Assembly (NCBI RefSeq): GCF_009914755.1
Contig: NC_060930.1
Origin: the human T2T-CHM13v2.0 reference genome, Homo sapiens
Strand: one strand, 5' to 3'
Length of the DNA: 64,000 bases
The position numbers were made by a program, and so were the translations under genes. The notes under the pieces are model-generated. The model did not search any database. It was not told where the DNA came from and saw nothing but the letters and a program-made list of their open reading frames with translations. How positions within the stretch are numbered: the first letter of the stretch is position 1; each line of letters starts with the position of its first letter. This document shows, in pieces, positions 62,872-64,000 of the stretch.

Positions 62872-64000
62872 GACTGGGGCAAGCTTCAAGGCAATCATTT
62901 TTTTATAACAACAAAGGCATTTGCACTGAGAGTCAAGGAAGTACCGAATTATTCCTGTTTTTACTGAATTGTATTAAAATATAAGGAGGATATAATAGGA
63001 AAACACAGCATGTGTTCATCAATCACTTCTCCTGAGTCTCCTCACTTGGTCAAAAATTTCCGGAGAAATTTTTGTTTGTACCTGATTTGAAAAGAAAAAC
63101 AAGGGAGCGGTTGGAGGGGAAGGGTGGAGAGATGAGGGGAGGGAGTGCCCTAGTGGAAACCACAGCATTAACACCACCTACTACTTCTACTTCACTAAAG
63201 GCACTGTCCCGATTTTTTCTTCAGAGATCACTGTTTTGCCTGCTGAATTCAAACCTCCACCCCAGACACACTGATGTCATTGGAGGCATCAGGACTGGGG
63301 GCCCAAGTTTTATTATATTAAAACGAGTTCATGCTGGGGTAAATTTTAAGATCTTTAGTGGACAGAAAGGCAGTTCAAATTCTTTGATTTTAGTGACAAA
63401 ATGCTTTAAACTGACAATGCAACCTATCAACAAAAGGACCATATTGAGCTGTGTGTGGGCTGCACAGAAATACGCCGCCCCAGAACTCTAAGTGCTCCCG
63501 GAAAAGCTCGCAATTGTTACAACAGAGAATCCAATTCTTGTGGCTAAAGTATCTCCTGGGGGACTTATTACAAATGTGGATTCTAGAACCCCTCGTGCAA
63601 TGATCCTGACTAAAGCGATTTACTATGGGTCCCAAGAATCTTAATCTTACCAAGCACCCTCAAGTAATTCTAACTTCAATAGTCTGCTAAACGGCACTCA
63701 GTGAAGGGTGCTAAAGCTGTCATGGGGAATTTAAAAACTCATGAAATAAGCTCGTAGAAAGGAAGTTTAGGGTCTGGAGGACACAGAGCTGAAATGAAAT
63801 CCTGAAGTAGGGTTGGAATATAATTAATTTATGTAACAATACTGAACACCTAGTGTGTGGCGTGCCCCTTTGTTTTTCAGGTAATCAGAGGAAAGCACCA
63901 CAATATGCAAAGGTTGTGTGGTCTGCAGCAGACAAGCAAAGAAAGTCAGAGAACATCTCCTCAGAATCTCATCAGCTGAGGAAACAGGAGTCCAGGTCTT

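Overview
Primate (almost certainly human) genomic DNA with no credible protein-coding gene. About 70 Alu copies make up roughly a third of the window, alongside old L1, L2, MIR, LTR and DNA-transposon remnants. The window holds part of a tRNA gene cluster. Seven genes look intact: Ile-AAT x2, Arg-ACG, Ser-CGA, Val-AAC, Thr-AGT and Leu-TAA. There is also an atypical Phe-GAA and at least four decayed tRNA copies (Ile-AAT-like, a Val 5' half, Val-CAC, Ile-GAT-like), plus a 36-nt U2 fragment. From memory, the gene order matches the 6p22.1 extended-MHC tRNA cluster; the CpG promoter at ~35.7 kb and the candidate exons after it would then be the lncRNA LINC01012 (recall, not verified). The most unusual structure is a convergent inverted duplication of tRNA-Val(AAC) at 22281-22832. 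One copy lost its B box through a 33-bp microhomology deletion but carries a T5 terminator. The intact copy lacks that terminator, so Pol III read-through could make a long 3' trailer that folds into a ~45-bp dsRNA stem. Several small rearrangement scars are also visible: a template-switch insertion in an AluY, a 290-bp tandem duplication, and fused head-to-head Alus. Repeat boundaries and subfamily names were assigned by eye and are approximate.
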